A stretch of 64,000 nt of DNA, taken from Azolla caroliniana. Taxonomy: Eukaryota > Plantae > Polypodiophyta. Below, one piece after another: positions 63,642-64,000 of this stretch. A program made the translations under genes and the position numbers. The first letter of the stretch is position 1, and every line of letters begins with the position of its first letter. The stretch is taken from assembly GCA_043228905.1 (NCBI GenBank), contig JBHGNT010000003.1, positions 12,400,001 through 12,464,000 of the forward strand. Reading direction: 5' to 3'. The notes under the pieces were generated by a model, which saw nothing but the letters and a program-made list of their open reading frames with translations, was not told the DNA's origin and did not search any database.

Positions 63642-64000
63642 TGTTAGAGTTATGATCTAATGTAAGCATATGATAAGGATATAAAATATATGAAATAAGA
63701 AAGGAGAGAGAGAAAGAAGGGTGCTGATCCACCCGACCACCCCCGAGCGAAGGGGTTGAGCCTCAATTGGCGTCCCATACCACCGTCGTGGCGTCAAGTC
63801 GTACTTGGTGCTTGCGCGCTCGCTACAAGAGTTGACCCACCACAAGAACAGAGTCTCAACGTAGTCAAGAGATGATGAATTGAGGGTAGCTAGGCCTCAT
63901 ATTTATAGCGAGACCCAAGGCCCCCAGGCAAGTTCACACTTGGCCTAATATGTTGTCTCAAATCCCAATAATATAAAGTAATCTTCCCCTTCTTTACACT
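63642..64000 (-). repeat. LTR of the same chromovirus family as 38109-39285 (runs off the window)
   Basis: Reverse complement of ~38920-39285. Terminus TGTTAGAG. Confidence 0.88.

Overview
Nuclear DNA of a land plant, most likely a fern. This is inferred from the style of the PLS-class PPR gene and from a nad9 NUMT whose codons imply both C-to-U and U-to-C editing. Most of the window is nested, decaying LTR retrotransposons: at least four Ty1/Copia families (my labels A-D), a chromodomain Ty3/Gypsy element, and a very young non-chromoviral Ty3/Gypsy element (27388-37482). The young element has 371-bp LTRs with one mismatch, a 5-bp TSD, an extra ~960-codon ORF after pol and a hairpin where the polypurine tract should be. 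The only intact host gene is an intronless PPR-E-DYW RNA-editing factor (20926-23280, minus) with a degenerate DYW active site. Other highlights: a 3.57-kb inversion (9140-12707) shown by two TSD pairs and two split LTRs, templated repair fillers, an unedited mitochondrial nad9 insertion, and tRNA-like Pol III heads inside LTRs. All coordinates and comparisons were read by eye and may be off by a few bases.
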